Shown: piece after piece, positions 49,208-57,974 of the stretch
How positions within the stretch are numbered: the stretch's first letter is position 1
Layout of the letters: each line of letters begins with the position of its first letter
Source of the DNA: Castellaniella sp.
Lineage (GTDB): Bacteria > Pseudomonadota > Gammaproteobacteria > Burkholderiales > Burkholderiaceae_B
Length of the DNA stretch: 64,000 nt
Reading direction: 5' to 3'
Assembly (NCBI RefSeq): GCF_004321985.1
Contig: NZ_SCQN01000009.1
Span: 25,033-89,032, forward strand
Translations under genes and position numbers: made by a program
Notes under the pieces: generated by a model
Database searches by the model: none
The model's input: the letters and a program-made list of their open reading frames with translations, nothing else
Told to the model about the DNA's origin: nothing

Positions 49208-50149
49208 GTGAACGCAGTCGATCTGTATCGCTGGATGCTGACCAGCCGCCAGCTTGAGTCAGCCCTGAGCAGCAAGAATCCACGCTGGTTTTCGACGGAA
49301 GGTGAAGAGGCCACGATCGTGGGCGCCTTCGCGGGCATCCGCGAAGGCGACATCGCCGCCCCGCACTACCGGGGTCCGTTCGTCACCTACCTGATGCGCG
49401 GCGCCGACATGAAGCGGCTCGCCTGCCAGGCCTTCGGCAAGGCTGGCGGCTACAGCAAGGGCCGCTCGGTCCCCTTCATCGGGCCAGCCGCGCTGGGATT
49501 CGTCCCGTGGGTCGCCGGGGACCTGGGAACGTCGCTGGGCATCGCGACCGGCGCCGCGCTCGCGTTGCAGCGCAGCGGGCGGGGCGGCGTCTGCATCTGT
49601 TCGTTCGGTGACGGGACCTCGAATCGCGGCGATTTTCACGAAAGCGTCAATCTCGCAGCGCTCTGGAAGCTTCCCATCGTCTACGTCTGCCAGAACAACA
49701 GCTGGGCCATCTCCCAGCCGGCGCGCAGCTACCTCCCTGCCCCCATTGTCGAACGCGCAAAAGGCTATGGAATCCCGGGCATTGCGCTGGACGGCAACGA
49801 CGCAGAAGCCGTGCACGACGCGGTCACACGGGCCATGGCCCGAGCAGCTGAGGGCCAAGGCCCCACGCTGATCGAGGCCCGGACATGGCGTAAGGGCGGC
49901 CACTGGGCCAACGACAAGACACCTTACCGCACGGCCGCCGACGTCCCCGACCACCCGTGCGACCCGCTGGAACTCATGCGCCAGCGGTTGCTGGACCGAC
50001 GCGAGGCAAGCCCGGTCGATCTGGAACGGATGCGGGCCACCATCGCAGCTCAGGTAGACGCCGCCATCGAATACGCGGCGAACCAACCGGACGCAGGCGA
50101 GCCCGAATTCGGCCTGGACGAGGTCCTCGCGCAGACATCCCCGGCCTGA
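49208..50149 (+). CDS. TPP-dependent 2-oxoacid dehydrogenase E1 alpha subunit
   Basis: GTG start; GEEA, HYRG, SFGDGTSN...CQNN, GPTLIEA. Confidence 0.9.
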   Translation: MNAVDLYRWMLTSRQLESALSSKNPRWFSTEGEEATIVGAFAGIREGDIAAPHYRGPFVTYLMRGADMKRLACQAFGKAGGYSKGRSVPFIGPAALGFVPWVAGDLGTSLGIATGAALALQRSGRGGVCICSFGDGTSNRGDFHESVNLAALWKLPIVYVCQNNSWAISQPARSYLPAPIVERAKGYGIPGIALDGNDAEAVHDAVTRAMARAAEGQGPTLIEARTWRKGGHWANDKTPYRTAADVPDHPCDPLELMRQRLLDRREASPVDLERMRATIAAQVDAAIEYAANQPDAGEPEFGLDEVLAQTSPA

Positions 50150-50176
50150 AACGGTCATCCTTCATTCGAGGTCATC

Positions 50177-51211
50177 ATGGATCAGGTCAGGACTCAGGCT
50201 GGCACCGACACCACGGCCACTCGTCATCCAAGGCTCACCTTCGCACAAGCGGTGATCGAAGCCATCCGGCACGAAATGCGCGCGGACGACACCGTCTTCT
50301 ATCTCGGCCAGGACGTCGGGCCATTTGGCGGCGTGATGCAGGGCACACAAGGACTGTACGAGGAATTCGGTCCACAGCGGATTCTGGAGACTCCCATCAG
50401 CGAATCCGCCATGGCGGGCATCGGCCTGGGCGCCTCGTGCTTCGGCTGCAAACCGATCGTGGAGCTGAGCTTCGGGGAGTTCCTGCCGGCCGCCATGAAC
50501 CAGCTCATCAATCAGGCCCCCAACCTGCACTACATGACGGCAGGCGCCGTGTCGCCCCAGGTGGTCATCCGCACCCGCGCCGGCGACGGTCCGTACGGCG
50601 GCCACCCGCAGGATTATTCGGTCTGGTTCTGCCACGTCCCGGGGCTGAAGGTCGTGATGCCGGCCACACCGCCGGACGCCTACCAGCTCATGCGGGCGGC
50701 GATCCGGGACCCGGCGCCGGTGCTGTTCGTCGAACCCATGTCACTGTCGCACGGACGCCGCGAGGTGGTGGACCTGGACGCCACCGACGCCACATTGGGA
50801 AGCGCCCGAATCGCCCGCGCCGGAAGGGACCTCACCATCGTCGCCTACGGGTCCGAGCTTCCGCACGTCCTGCGGGCCGCCCAGCAGGCAGCCGAGGAAG
50901 GCGTGGACGCGGAAGTCATCGACCTGCGCTCCCTCGCGCCCTGGGACGAAGACACGGTCATCGGCTCGGTGCGTCGGACCGGCCGGTTGCTGACGGTCCA
51001 CGAAGCCTGGAAGGCCTTCGGACACGGAGCAGAAGTCATTGCACGGGTCATGGAAGTTCTGGGCGCGGAAGGCCGAACGGTCCGCGCCAGCCGGGTCGGG
51101 GCCAGACCCGTTCCCATCCCCAGCGGACCACTACGCAAACTCGCCCTGCCGACCTGGCAGGACATCCACACCGCCATCCTGCGGAGTGCGGGGATTGCGC
51201 CCCACTCCTGA
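50177..51211 (+). CDS. 2-oxoacid dehydrogenase E1 beta subunit
   Basis: GQDVGPFGG, ETPISE, GGHPQ, EVIDLRSLAPWD. Confidence 0.92.
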   Translation: MDQVRTQAGTDTTATRHPRLTFAQAVIEAIRHEMRADDTVFYLGQDVGPFGGVMQGTQGLYEEFGPQRILETPISESAMAGIGLGASCFGCKPIVELSFGEFLPAAMNQLINQAPNLHYMTAGAVSPQVVIRTRAGDGPYGGHPQDYSVWFCHVPGLKVVMPATPPDAYQLMRAAIRDPAPVLFVEPMSLSHGRREVVDLDATDATLGSARIARAGRDLTIVAYGSELPHVLRAAQQAAEEGVDAEVIDLRSLAPWDEDTVIGSVRRTGRLLTVHEAWKAFGHGAEVIARVMEVLGAEGRTVRASRVGARPVPIPSGPLRKLALPTWQDIHTAILRSAGIAPHS

Positions 51212-51229
51212 CCTGCCACGAATCACGCC

Positions 51230-51952
51230 ATGGAAAGTACCTTCAATCATGTGCCCATCGCCCGCCAATACAAGCTGTCGGGCATGCAGAAGTTCGTGGC
51301 CGAGCGCCTTGCGGCCAGCCTGCACGAGACAGCCAGCGTCACCGCCATGGCCGAGATCCCCATCCGCGGGCTGCTCGAGGCGCAGGCCGCCTGGCGTACC
51401 CGCGGGGTCGAAACCAGCCTCACCCACCACATGCTTCATCTGACGGCCCGTTGCCTGGAACGCCACCGGCCGCTGAACGGCACGCTGCACGAGGGCGTGG
51501 TCTACGAATATGGCCCGGTCAACCTGGCACTGGCCCTCTCCATGCCCAACGGCGACCTGCAGGCCGTGGTCATCCGCGATGCCAGTCAAAAGACCGTGGC
51601 GGATATCGCCGCAGAGACCGACACGCTGATCGGCCTCGCACGCGAGGGCGGGCTCGGGCTCGAACACGTCCGTGGCGGTACCTTCACGCTCAGCAACTAC
51701 GGCAGCCTCGAGCATACGGTCTGGGCCACGCCCATCATCCCGCCCGGGCAGTCCGGCGTGCTGGGCATGGGTCGCGCGCACCCCGGTCTGGTGGCGGACG
51801 ACAGCCCTCAGGGTTGGCATGTGGAAACCGTTCTTCCACTATCCTTCACCTATGATCACCGCGTCATCAACGGCGTACCTGCCGGGCATTTTCTCGAGGA
51901 TCTCGCAGACCTCATGATTCACGCTTCCACGGAGACCCCCCATGAACCATGA
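51230..51952 (+). CDS. E2 acyltransferase, catalytic domain only (no lipoyl or subunit-binding domain)
   Basis: Begins at LSGMQKFVAERL; GGTFTLSNYG, PIIPPGQ, DHRVING. Confidence 0.88.
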   Translation: MESTFNHVPIARQYKLSGMQKFVAERLAASLHETASVTAMAEIPIRGLLEAQAAWRTRGVETSLTHHMLHLTARCLERHRPLNGTLHEGVVYEYGPVNLALALSMPNGDLQAVVIRDASQKTVADIAAETDTLIGLAREGGLGLEHVRGGTFTLSNYGSLEHTVWATPIIPPGQSGVLGMGRAHPGLVADDSPQGWHVETVLPLSFTYDHRVINGVPAGHFLEDLADLMIHASTETPHEP

Positions 51953-52190
51953 ACATACCGTCACCCTGCCGGAACTGGCCAACGACTTCCAGTCCGGCAC
52001 ACTGGTTGCCTGGCGCAAGGCCGTGGGCGACTCGATCCAGCAGGGCGAGGTCATCGCCGAGATCATGACTGACAAGATCAACCTGGAAGTCGAATCGCCG
52101 CACGCCGGTATCGTCAAGACCCTTCTGGTCGAAGTGGACGATACTGTCAACGTCCACCAACCCATCGCCATCATCGAACAAGCCTACTGA
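51942..52190 (+). CDS. Stand-alone lipoyl-carrier protein
   Basis: 82 aa; W.KAVGD.I..GEVIAEIMTDKINLEVESPHAG; own GGAG RBS. Confidence 0.88.
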   Translation: MNHEHTVTLPELANDFQSGTLVAWRKAVGDSIQQGEVIAEIMTDKINLEVESPHAGIVKTLLVEVDDTVNVHQPIAIIEQAY

Positions 52191-52196
52191 ACCACC

Positions 52197-53375
52197 ATGC
52201 AAGCTCATCTCTCCCTACTCCCCGAAGACCATGAACAGGCCCTGCTCATCGGCCGCATTCACGACCCGCGCGACGAAGGTCCCAGCGTCGTGGCCATCCA
52301 GGGCCACGCGCTGCACGACCTGACACCGCACTTCCCCACCGTGTCGCAACTGCTCGAACAGCGCGACCCCGCCGCGATCGTGGCCCGCACCCCGGCCACC
52401 TCGCGATGGTCCCTGGACACCGTGATGCGCAGCACGCTGGACAACAACCGCACGGCGGCGCGCTTCGTCGCCCCCTGCGACCTGCAGGTCATCAAGGCCT
52501 GCGGGGTCACATTCGCCGGCAGCATGCTGGAACGCGTCATCGAAGAAAAGGCCGGCGGCGACCCGAAGCGCGCGACACAAATCCGCGACGAGATCGGCAA
52601 GGTCATCGGTTCAGCCGTCTCCAGCATCCGCCCCGGCTCTGACGACGCCTCACGAGTCCGCCAGTACCTCATCAAGGAAGGGCTCTGGTCCCAGTATCTG
52701 GAAGTCGGCATCGGGCCGGATGCCGAGGTTTTCACCAAGGCGCCCGTGCTGTCGGCCGTCGGTAGTGGCGAGGCGATCGGCATCCTGGCAGCCTCGAAAT
52801 GGAACAACCCCGAGCCCGAGCTGGTGCTCGCCGTGAACTCACGCGGCGAAATTCGCGGGGCGACGCTGGGCAACGACGTGAACCTGCGCGACATCGAAGG
52901 CCGCAGCGCGCTGCTGCTGGGCAAGGCCAAGGACAACAACGCTTCCTGCGCGATCGGCCCCTTCATCCGCCTGTTCGACGAACGCTTCACGCTGGACGAC
53001 GCGCGCCACATGGAACTGGAGCTGCATGTGACGGGCGACGACGGCTTCAGGCTGTCGGGTCACAGCTCCACCAGCCAGATCAGCCGTGACCTGACGGACC
53101 TCGCGGCCCAGACCTGCGGCCGGCATCACCAGTACCCGGACGGCTTCATGCTGTTCACTGGTACGCTGTTCGCCCCCACAGACGATCGCGACGCGCCGGG
53201 CCAGGGATTCACCCACAAGCTGGGCGATCTAGTGCAGATCCGCTCGTCCCGGCTAGGGGCGCTGGTCAACCGCGTCACCCACAGCGAAGACGCCCCGGCG
53301 TGGACCCAGGGCATCATCTGGCTCATGGCGAACCTGGCGCGACGCGGCCTGCTGGGGACTGCGGGCCCGCGCTAA
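52197..53375 (+). CDS. xylX: FAH-family 2-keto-3-deoxy-D-xylonate (D-KDP) dehydratase
   Basis: Close resemblance to recalled Caulobacter XylX: KACGVTFA, GLWSQYLEVGIGPDAEVFTK, WNNPEPE, NDVNLRD.EGRSALLL, HQYPDGF. Confidence 0.85.
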   Translation: MQAHLSLLPEDHEQALLIGRIHDPRDEGPSVVAIQGHALHDLTPHFPTVSQLLEQRDPAAIVARTPATSRWSLDTVMRSTLDNNRTAARFVAPCDLQVIKACGVTFAGSMLERVIEEKAGGDPKRATQIRDEIGKVIGSAVSSIRPGSDDASRVRQYLIKEGLWSQYLEVGIGPDAEVFTKAPVLSAVGSGEAIGILAASKWNNPEPELVLAVNSRGEIRGATLGNDVNLRDIEGRSALLLGKAKDNNASCAIGPFIRLFDERFTLDDARHMELELHVTGDDGFRLSGHSSTSQISRDLTDLAAQTCGRHHQYPDGFMLFTGTLFAPTDDRDAPGQGFTHKLGDLVQIRSSRLGALVNRVTHSEDAPAWTQGIIWLMANLARRGLLGTAGPR

Positions 53376-53390
53376 GGGCCGCGGGCCGTT

Positions 53391-53618
53391 TCATTGGCCC
53401 GTCATTTTCAGTTCGGCGGTGCGCCCGCCGAACCGCACATCCACCATGTCATCTTCCGACAAAACGACGCGGGCAAATTCCGGAATCGGCACGGTCCGAT
53501 CGTTGTACCTGACGACAACGGATCGACTCATGACGGCCAGACGCGCCACGACATCGCTGATGGTGCTACCTGCGGGATAACCAACCAGCACCCCATTCAC
53601 TTTGATATTGGTCGCCAT
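53391..53618 (-). CDS. ThiS/MoaD-like sulfur-carrier (ubiquitin-like) protein with 10-aa tail after GG
   Basis: MATNIKVNG...GSTISDVVARL...VVVRYNDRTVP...FARVVLSEDDMVDVRFGG-RTAELKMTGQ; GAGG RBS. Confidence 0.6.
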   Translation of the reverse strand: MATNIKVNGVLVGYPAGSTISDVVARLAVMSRSVVVRYNDRTVPIPEFARVVLSEDDMVDVRFGGRTAELKMTGQ

Positions 53619-53831
53619 GGCCTCATTACTCCGCCCAGATTTCAACGAATATTGACACCGTAGTCCATTACCGCCATGGGGCGTTGCACTGAAAAGCGCT
53701 TCACCGGGCTCGCCTTGATAATCGTCACGTTGTCGGCGTCAATACCCCGGGTTTCCAGGCTTCCCGTGTTGTCCACCTCGTCCACGAGCCCTATAGTCAA
53801 AGCATGTGACTTGATGACGAAGGGGGGTACG

Positions 53832-54032
53832 ATGGCTGCAATCCTGCTGACTTGGGTTGGCATCGGGTGCGTGTTGATGCTCCTTCACGTCATGTTCTTC
53901 GTGGATATCGATAGCTACTGGGCATCCATATTCTGGGGTGACCCGGTTCTCGACCTCCTGACGATATTTCTGTGGCCCGTCATGCTGGCGTTGTTTCTGC
54001 GCACCCGTTTCCTGAAGAAGAAACCGTATTGA
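53832..54032 (+). CDS. Small hypothetical membrane protein (66 aa, 2 TM)
   Basis: GAAGGGGGG RBS; two hydrophobic stretches and basic C-terminus (RTRFLKKKPY). Confidence 0.55.
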   Translation: MAAILLTWVGIGCVLMLLHVMFFVDIDSYWASIFWGDPVLDLLTIFLWPVMLALFLRTRFLKKKPY

Positions 54033-54075
54033 TTTTGCGGACTGACCACCAGGCGTCGGCGGCCGTCGAACCGAA

Positions 54076-54837
54076 TCAATGCGGCCCGATGACGGCCATC
54101 AGGCGGGCATGCGCACGGGTCAGATGGCGCTGCATGGCCGCCTGGGCCTGCAGCGGATCGCGGTCAGCCACCGCGTCATAAACGGCCTGGTGCTCATCCA
54201 CGGCGCTCTGCCAGACCAGCTGGTTGTCGAACAGTCGGTGCATCGAGCCGCCGATCGGCGTGTAGCGCTGGTCAAAGAGATCTTCAATGGTCTGGACCAG
54301 CAGCCGGTTGTCGGTCGTCGAGGCCAGCGTGGCATGGAACTGGCGGTCCGCATCGGCCAGCGGCTTGTCCCCCGAATGGCCGCGCAAGTCCAGGGCTTTG
54401 CGCATGGTGGCCATACTGGCCGACAGCGCCTTGAGCTGCTTGTGCGTGATGAAGCGGGCCGCATGCGCCGCCACGCCGCTTTCCAGAAAAAAACGGGTCT
54501 GATTCACTTCCCTGGGGCTATAGCCCATCAGGGACGCCTCGGACGCCACATCGTCGGCCTGGAGTTCCGGGACCGGCACGATCTGCAGAGCATCCCGCGT
54601 CAGGTAAATGCCCGATCCTACGCGAATTTCGATTTCGCCCTGCAGTTCCAGCACGATCAGCGCCTCGCGCAGGCTGGGCCGGGAAATCTGCAGCCGCTGG
54701 GCCAGTTCCCGTTCGGAGGGCAGGCGTGCGCCCACCGGCACGTCCATCCGGTGGATCTCCTGCCGCAGGACCTCCGCAATGTGCATGTAGCTGCGCGCAC
54801 GGTCCAGGACCGGCGCGGTGGTGACTGCCTTTTGCAT
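54076..54837 (-). CDS. FadR-subfamily GntR regulator
   Basis: GARLPSERELAQRLQISRPSLREAL; DRQFH; alternative start 54876. Confidence 0.92.
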   Translation of the reverse strand: MQKAVTTAPVLDRARSYMHIAEVLRQEIHRMDVPVGARLPSERELAQRLQISRPSLREALIVLELQGEIEIRVGSGIYLTRDALQIVPVPELQADDVASEASLMGYSPREVNQTRFFLESGVAAHAARFITHKQLKALSASMATMRKALDLRGHSGDKPLADADRQFHATLASTTDNRLLVQTIEDLFDQRYTPIGGSMHRLFDNQLVWQSAVDEHQAVYDAVADRDPLQAQAAMQRHLTRAHARLMAVIGPH

Positions 54838-54882
54838 GAATGCCACCCCTACCTTTAGCACTGAATGTGCGGTCATTCTATC

Positions 54883-54944
54883 TGGTCAAACCAATTGTTC
54901 AAATACTAGGGAAATCCATAACTGGTTTTACCGGTCAACCAATT
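54883..54944. promoter_or_regulatory. Candidate FadR (PdhR/LldR-type TGGT-N3-ACCA) operators
   Basis: TGGTCAAACCAATT (54883), TGGTTTTACCG (54923), CGGTCAACCAATT (54932) in the FadR/PAAT divergent region. Confidence 0.6.
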
Positions 54945-55004
54945 TAGACTATCGGGCACAGACGGTTCCATGGCCGCCTTCCGGTGGCAGACAGGTTCAC
55001 AACC

Positions 55005-55688
55005 ATGACGTACCAATTCGATTTCAGCTCGGTCCTGCAATACTGGCCCATGCTGCTACAGGGCGCAGAGACGACGCTGATCATGTCGTTCTGGTCCACG
55101 GTGGCGGGCTTCGTCATGGGCGTGGTCTGCGCAATCGCCCGCAGTTCCGGCACCCTCGTCATCCGGCGCGTCGTAGGTGCCTATGTGGAAATCATCCGCA
55201 ATACCCCGCTCATCATCCAGAGCTACTTCCTGATTTTCGGCCTGGCCAGCGTGGGGCTGAAGATGTCCATCATGGCCGGCGCTATCCTCGCACTGGTCAT
55301 CAACATCACCGCCTACACCTGCGAGATCGTACGGGCGGGGATCGAATCCGTTCCACGCAGCCAGCGTGAGGCCGGTGAATGCCTGGGACTCTCGCCGCTG
55401 CAGGTCTACTGGCACGTCATCCTGTCGCCCGCACTGGAGCGCGTCTACCCGGCCCTGACCAGCCAGTTCGTCCTGCTCATGCTGGTCACCAGCTTGCTGT
55501 CGGCCGTCGGCACCGAAGACTTGTTCGGCGTCTCCGGCAACATCCAGGCCATGACGTTCCGCAATTTCGAAGTCTTCATCGTGCTCTGGGTGATGTACCT
55601 CATCATGTCCGCCCTCGTGCGCGGAATGTTCGCACTGGCCAGCAAGATCATGTTCGTGCGCAAACGCAAGCTGGGCACACTGCTCTGA
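55005..55688 (+). CDS. PAAT ABC permease 1, module B
   Basis: MTYQFDFS, RNTPLIIQ, SQREAGECLGL. Confidence 0.92.
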   Translation: MTYQFDFSSVLQYWPMLLQGAETTLIMSFWSTVAGFVMGVVCAIARSSGTLVIRRVVGAYVEIIRNTPLIIQSYFLIFGLASVGLKMSIMAGAILALVINITAYTCEIVRAGIESVPRSQREAGECLGLSPLQVYWHVILSPALERVYPALTSQFVLLMLVTSLLSAVGTEDLFGVSGNIQAMTFRNFEVFIVLWVMYLIMSALVRGMFALASKIMFVRKRKLGTLL

Positions 55689-55697
55689 GGCCGCCCC

Positions 55698-56351
55698 ATG
55701 AACCACGAACAGATTCTTTATCTTCTTCAGGGTGCCTGGGGCACCGCAGAGCTGTCCGCCCTGACATTCGTCTTCTCGGCCATGCTGGGGCTTGCCGTTG
55801 CACTCATGCGCGTCTCGGCCAGCCAGGTCCTGCGCGGCTGCGCCTTCGGCTACATCAACCTCATCCAGGGTACGCCGCTGCTGGTCATCATGGGCGTGTG
55901 CTTCTACGGCCCATCGATCCTGGGCTTCACGGACACGCCAGCCATGTTTGCGGCGGTCCTGGCGCTGACCATCCACGCGGCGGCCTTCCTGGGCGAGATC
56001 TGGCGCGGCTGCATCGAATCCGTCCCGAAAAACCAATGGGAAGCGGCCGAATGCCTCGGGCTGAACCGCATCCAGCGCATGTTCAAGGTCATTCTGCCCC
56101 AGGCATTGCGCATCGCCACCCCTCCCACGGTCGGATTCATGGTCCAGATCGTGAAGAACACGTCCTTTGCGTCCCTGGTGATCGGCTTTGCCGAACTCTC
56201 CTACAACGCCAAGATCCTGAACAACTCGACCTTCAAGCCTTTCCTGTATTTCGGTGTCGCCGCCGCCCTGTACTTCGTCATCTGCTATCCGCTGTCCTGG
56301 GTCAGCCTCAGGCTGGAGCGCAAGCTGACGGTCGCCCGCGACCAGGCCTGA
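55698..56351 (+). CDS. PAAT ABC permease 2, module B
   Basis: QGTPLLV, PKNQWEAAECLGL, VKNTS. Confidence 0.92.
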   Translation: MNHEQILYLLQGAWGTAELSALTFVFSAMLGLAVALMRVSASQVLRGCAFGYINLIQGTPLLVIMGVCFYGPSILGFTDTPAMFAAVLALTIHAAAFLGEIWRGCIESVPKNQWEAAECLGLNRIQRMFKVILPQALRIATPPTVGFMVQIVKNTSFASLVIGFAELSYNAKILNNSTFKPFLYFGVAAALYFVICYPLSWVSLRLERKLTVARDQA

Positions 56352-56373
56352 ATGACGACCCACGGAGCCTCAC

Positions 56374-57108
56374 ATGACAGAAATCGTCCGCCTCAAGAAC
56401 GTCCATAAATGGTTCGGAGACAACCACGTCCTGAAGGGCGTCGATCTCAGCGTCCAGAAAGGCGAAATCATTGCCATCATCGGCCAGAGCGGCTCCGGCA
56501 AGAGCACGGCACTGCGCTGCATGGACCACCTCGAGATCATCAACGAAGGCGAGATCACCGTCTGCGGCCACAGCTTCGGCGCCGGCATCTCCAGCCGCGA
56601 TCTGAAGAGCCTGCGTCTGGACGTGGGGATCGTATTCCAGAGCTACAACCTGTTCCCCCACCTGACGGTAGAACAGAACATCACGCTGGCACCTCGTTCG
56701 GTGCGCAAGATTTCCAAAGAGCAGGCCCGCAAGATCGCGGCAGACGTGCTCGCCAAGGTGGGCCTGTCGGACAAGCTGGCCTTCTACCCCGAGCAGCTCT
56801 CGGGCGGCCAGCAGCAACGCGTGGCCATCGCGCGGTCCCTGGCCATGGACCCCAAGCTGATGCTGTTCGACGAAGTCACTTCCGCCCTGGATCCGCAACT
56901 CACGGGCGAAGTGCTGCGCGTCATCGAGAAGCTCGCCGCAGGCGGCATGACCATGGTGCTGGTGACGCACGAAATGGCCTTCGCCATGAAGCTGGCCCAC
57001 CGGATCATCTTCATGTTCGAGGGCAAGATCCACGAACAAGGCACAGCGGACATCCTGCGCAACCCCAAAACCCCGGAACTGCAGCAGTTTGTCAGTAACG
57101 GACTTTAA
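56374..57108 (+). CDS. PAAT ABC ATP-binding protein, module B
   Basis: GQSGSGKST, LSGGQQQRVAIARSL, FDEVTSALDP. Confidence 0.95.
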   Translation: MTEIVRLKNVHKWFGDNHVLKGVDLSVQKGEIIAIIGQSGSGKSTALRCMDHLEIINEGEITVCGHSFGAGISSRDLKSLRLDVGIVFQSYNLFPHLTVEQNITLAPRSVRKISKEQARKIAADVLAKVGLSDKLAFYPEQLSGGQQQRVAIARSLAMDPKLMLFDEVTSALDPQLTGEVLRVIEKLAAGGMTMVLVTHEMAFAMKLAHRIIFMFEGKIHEQGTADILRNPKTPELQQFVSNGL

Positions 57109-57150
57109 CCGACGAGCCCTGCCGGGCTCGCTTCCTCCCAGGAGACAACC

Positions 57151-57972
57151 ATGAGTTTCTTCACGTTGAACCGCAGCGCAGTCGCGCTGACCATCGCAAC
57201 CACCGCCTTGTTCACGGCAACAGTCCCCACGCAGGCGAACACGCTGGCACAAGTCCAGCAGCAGAAGACCCTGCGCGTGGCCATCGACCTGAACGCGCCG
57301 CCCTACGGCATGAAGGACGCCAACCTGAAAGAAGTCGGCTCGGATGTCGAAACCGCGCGCCTGTTCGCAAAAGAGCTGGGCGTGAAGCTCGACATCGTGC
57401 CCACGACACAGGCCAACCGGATTCCGTTCCTGCTCACCAACAAGGCCGATGTGGTGATCTCCAGCCTGACGATCACACCGGAACGCCAGAAGGTCGTGGA
57501 CTTCACCATCCCGTATGCCGCCATCCAGTCCGTGATCGCTGCGCCGGCCAGCGCTAACATCAAGTCGATGTCCGATCTGGCGGGCAAGACCGTGGTCACC
57601 GCGCGCGGAACCACCAACGACATGAACGTCACCAAGCTGGCCCCGATGGGCACCAATATCGTACGCTTCGAAAACGACGCGACAGCGATGACCGCAGTCA
57701 CCAGCGGCCGCGCGGAGATCTACTCCGGTGCACCCGCCATCATCGCCTCGCTGAACAAGGAACTGCAAAAGAACGGCAAGCCGCCCCTGGTGACGAAGGT
57801 CGTGATGGCCACCTCGATGCTGGGCCTGGGCGTCGCCAAGAACAACCCCGCGCTGCTCGACAAGCTGAACGAGATGATCCGCAAGGACCTGAAGAACGGT
57901 GAGCTGAACACTGTCTACAAGAAATACCACGGCGCCGATCTGCCGCAAGACGTGCTGAAGGAAGGTAAATAA
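57151..57972 (+). CDS. PAAT ABC substrate-binding protein, module B
   Basis: Signal peptide, APPYG, SLTITPERQKVVDF. Confidence 0.92.
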   Translation: MSFFTLNRSAVALTIATTALFTATVPTQANTLAQVQQQKTLRVAIDLNAPPYGMKDANLKEVGSDVETARLFAKELGVKLDIVPTTQANRIPFLLTNKADVVISSLTITPERQKVVDFTIPYAAIQSVIAAPASANIKSMSDLAGKTVVTARGTTNDMNVTKLAPMGTNIVRFENDATAMTAVTSGRAEIYSGAPAIIASLNKELQKNGKPPLVTKVVMATSMLGLGVAKNNPALLDKLNEMIRKDLKNGELNTVYKKYHGADLPQDVLKEGK

Positions 57973-57974
57973 GC

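Noticed and set aside
51852-51876. DHRVING instead of DHRxxDG in the split E2, initially read as inactivating
   Set aside because: His-x3-Asn occurs in active acetyltransferases such as Azotobacter E2p
53642-53863. 73-aa minus ORF with ALTIGLVDEV, reminiscent of crotonase/Clp-type motifs
   Set aside because: Single short motif, no clear RBS, overlaps the better-supported membrane ORF
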